A DNA stretch of 64,000 bases from Podarcis cretensis (taxonomy: Eukaryota). Shown piece after piece: positions 61,743 to 64,000 of this stretch; the first letter of the stretch is position 1; each line of letters starts with the position of its first letter. The stretch spans positions 77,996,001 through 78,060,000 of the forward strand of contig OX638149.1 of NCBI GenBank assembly GCA_951804945.1. The letters are read 5' to 3'. The position numbers were made by a program, and so were the translations under genes. The notes below the pieces were generated by a model. That model was not told where the DNA came from. It saw only the letters and a list, made by a program, of their open reading frames with translations, and searched no databases.

Positions 61743-63169
61743 ATTCATACTTCATGAAATATAATTTCTCAGTTTCCTAGAAAGTTACTTCTTATGTTGT
61801 TTTCTGATTAATATAGCAAAAATAGATTCACGAAGTTATACACACGCCTTGTGGGTGCTGATGGTTATCAGTGGTTATGTACCAATAAAGTACGGCATTA
61901 AGACTAGGATAGGCAGATGCAGCCAGCGGCTAATAGTTCCTGCCGCCAGCTATGATCCTCACCCCCAGGCTGTACACCCCGTCCCTTGTAAAAGACAATT
62001 GCAGCAAAAATTTGCATCCCCTGGGGAAAACCTCCTGCTGTAGAATTATTGTGGGAAGGATGTGACATTCTATTTATTTGCTTATTTATTTTAATGATGT
62101 TAAAGACACAGCTCTTCATTACATAACCGGAAGACTATGGACATGATTCAGTTGCTGTTAAGTGACTCTGAACCCCATTACTCAATGGGAATGTTAAACA
62201 CGTGTTTCAGTTTCTCCTGCTGAAAGCTATGGAAGTCCGTGGTACTTAGTTTTGCTTCTATTTCTCAGCTAACAACAGCCTCAAATACTGCTGCATATCT
62301 TTTATAATACTCTCGATGTGTGAAGTGTATTGTCCATCACAATAGCCCCGCATAGTATGTCACCAATATTCACAGTGTGAGGGTGGCCATGGAAAATGAA
62401 GCTACAAGGTGGTGATCCGCAAAGACAGTTCCAACATCTCTCTGGAGGACTCTCCTTTCGTCCAACAAATAAACTGAAACTGATTTGCCAGAAAACGGGT
62501 AGGATGAGGCTACGTTCCCCTCATTCAGTCTCTGACCTGCTCATTTTACAGAAGTGGAAACCAAGATTGAATGGGTGATTTGGCCAGGGTCACACATTGA
62601 GTCAACAGTGGTGGGGCTGAGCTGTGACCTTCCACACCCAAGGACAGTTAACAATCAATGGGACCACATGTACTCCTCTGTCATAATGGGTTTCTGACAC
62701 TACAATAAAACAACTAAGGACACACAGGTACACGCTGCCTGCTTAATTTTTTGTTTTGTTTTTGATGCAAACTTCCTTATCCATCATCCTTTATATTATA
62801 ACCTCTAGGTTGGTCTTAGACAGTGCCCCAGACTTTTCTGTCTTCTGAAACTTTCCCCCCATGGTGCTCAACTTCTGCCCCTTTTTAATTTGTGTTATGT
62901 TACTGTGTTTGATGGAAAATCCTCACTGACTGCCTCTTAATGAATTCAGGAAGGGTGACTCCAGATGGTCAGTATTTCACAGGAGGTATTCTTGCACATA
63001 CTGGAACTTTCCATTTGCCCAGTTAAACTGCATTAAAGGTTCTGTTGCCCTCACCTAGCACCACAAATCTACTTTGGAAAAGAATCAGACTTCCTGAAGT
63101 TTGGAAAGTATCGTGGAAATAAACAGAAAACAATGGGATGCACAAAGGAAGCTAGTAAGGGGCAATTAG

Positions 63170-63290
63170 TTGTTAGAGTGTTGGACTAGGACCTGGGAGA
63201 CCAACGTTTGAATTCCTGCTCAGCCAGAAAACTCACTGGGTGACCTTGGGCCAGTCACAGCCTCTCAGCCTAACCTATCTCACAGGAGAT
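63170..63290 (+). mobile_element. Old tRNA/CORE SINE fragment
   Basis: GTTAGAGTGTTGGACTAGGACCTGGGAGACC...CTGGGTGACCTTGGGCCAGTCAC. Confidence 0.7.
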
Positions 63291-63395
63291 GGTGGACTCT
63301 CAACCCCAATGAGATTTCCACTATATGGTGGCTTATTTTCAGTTACAAACAACAAAAACTTTTAAAGTAAAGAATGTCCTGAAAATGTTGTAAAC

Positions 63396-63531
63396 CAGGC
63401 ACAGGCAACCTCGGCCCTCCAGATGTTTTGGGACTACAACTCCCATTATCCCTAGCTAACAGGACCAGTGGTGATGGATGATGGGAGTTGTATCCCCAAA
63501 ACATCTGGAGGGCCGAGTTTGCCTATGCCTG
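63396..63531. mobile_element. Palindromic hAT MITE, intact
   Basis: Long inverted arms CAGGCA...TGCCTG; perfect 8-bp TSD TTGTAAAC. Confidence 0.92.
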
Positions 63532-64000
63532 TTGTAAACTGTCTAGAAAAAACTTTGTTACAGCTGAGAACTAATGATACCTAACATTCACTAAAATTAA
63601 TGTTTTGTGAGATGTTTTTCTTACCTCATTAAGAAACCTGCAAGAAAGCTGTCCTTGGTGGTTTGTGGCAACCTACTGACAGCTAAAAAACTTTCTTGAC
63701 CATTCCCAGACCATTTGTCTATTTAAAAATGATGATGCATTTTACTACCCTTATTTCCTACTATTGACTAGGGTAGTAGACACAACCCAATAGCAAAATT
63801 CAATGCATTTCTAGGACATTTAAGGCTACAAGTGATTTTTTTGTTTCCATAAGAAAAATAGCAAGTGGCAGCTGATTGAAATTTGGGAGCATTGTGAGGG
63901 ACAATTTGTAACAACACCCAAGGAGGATTACCCTGTACACAAAATTATGTGTGAATTTTGCAATGAAAAGTGTATCAGTGGGAAGCTTTGAACTCCACAA

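Noticed and set aside
33200-64000. 3' exons of the upstream cluster neighbour (MUC2 or ovomucin-like)
   Set aside because: No Cys-rich VWC or cystine-knot exons were recognised in the ORF track or by eye; small exons could have been missed.
1-64000. CRISPR array or prokaryotic defence system
   Set aside because: Intron-exon vertebrate DNA with no regularly spaced repeat-spacer array. Short duplications at 2759-2795, 40500-40566 and 49298-49336 are simple tandem slippage.

Overview
Eukaryotic DNA from a squamate reptile, probably a lacertid lizard (inferred from Sauria SINEs and the L2/CR1/L1/hAT-MITE repertoire). Bases ~2043-33010 on the minus strand hold the 5' part of a gel-forming mucin gene of the MUC5 type, most like MUC5AC. 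I reconstructed 27 exons by hand: all GT-AG, phase-consistent, 3688 nt or about 1229 codons. They encode a signal peptide, an unusual Gln/Tyr/acidic N-terminal segment and the D1-D2-D'-D3 assemblies; the gene continues past base 1. A TATA box with adjacent HNF4, KLF and FOX motifs lies at ~33080-33185. The remaining ~31 kb is upstream intergenic DNA rich in transposons, with no recognisable protein-coding exon. Nothing prokaryote-like (CRISPR, operons) is present. The most notable items are: (1) a 3'-truncated U1 snRNA retrocopy with target-site duplication, inserted antisense in intron 27 so that it creates a perfect 5' splice donor; (2) the QYED/polyQ exon 2; (3) a 2.1-kb RT-less L1-derived element with its own ORF nested in a Tc1/mariner-type MITE; (4) two Sauria SINEs inserted sequentially into one target site; (5) a 25-bp micro-inversion in a SINE tail. 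Repeat family names come from recalled consensus features, not from database searches.
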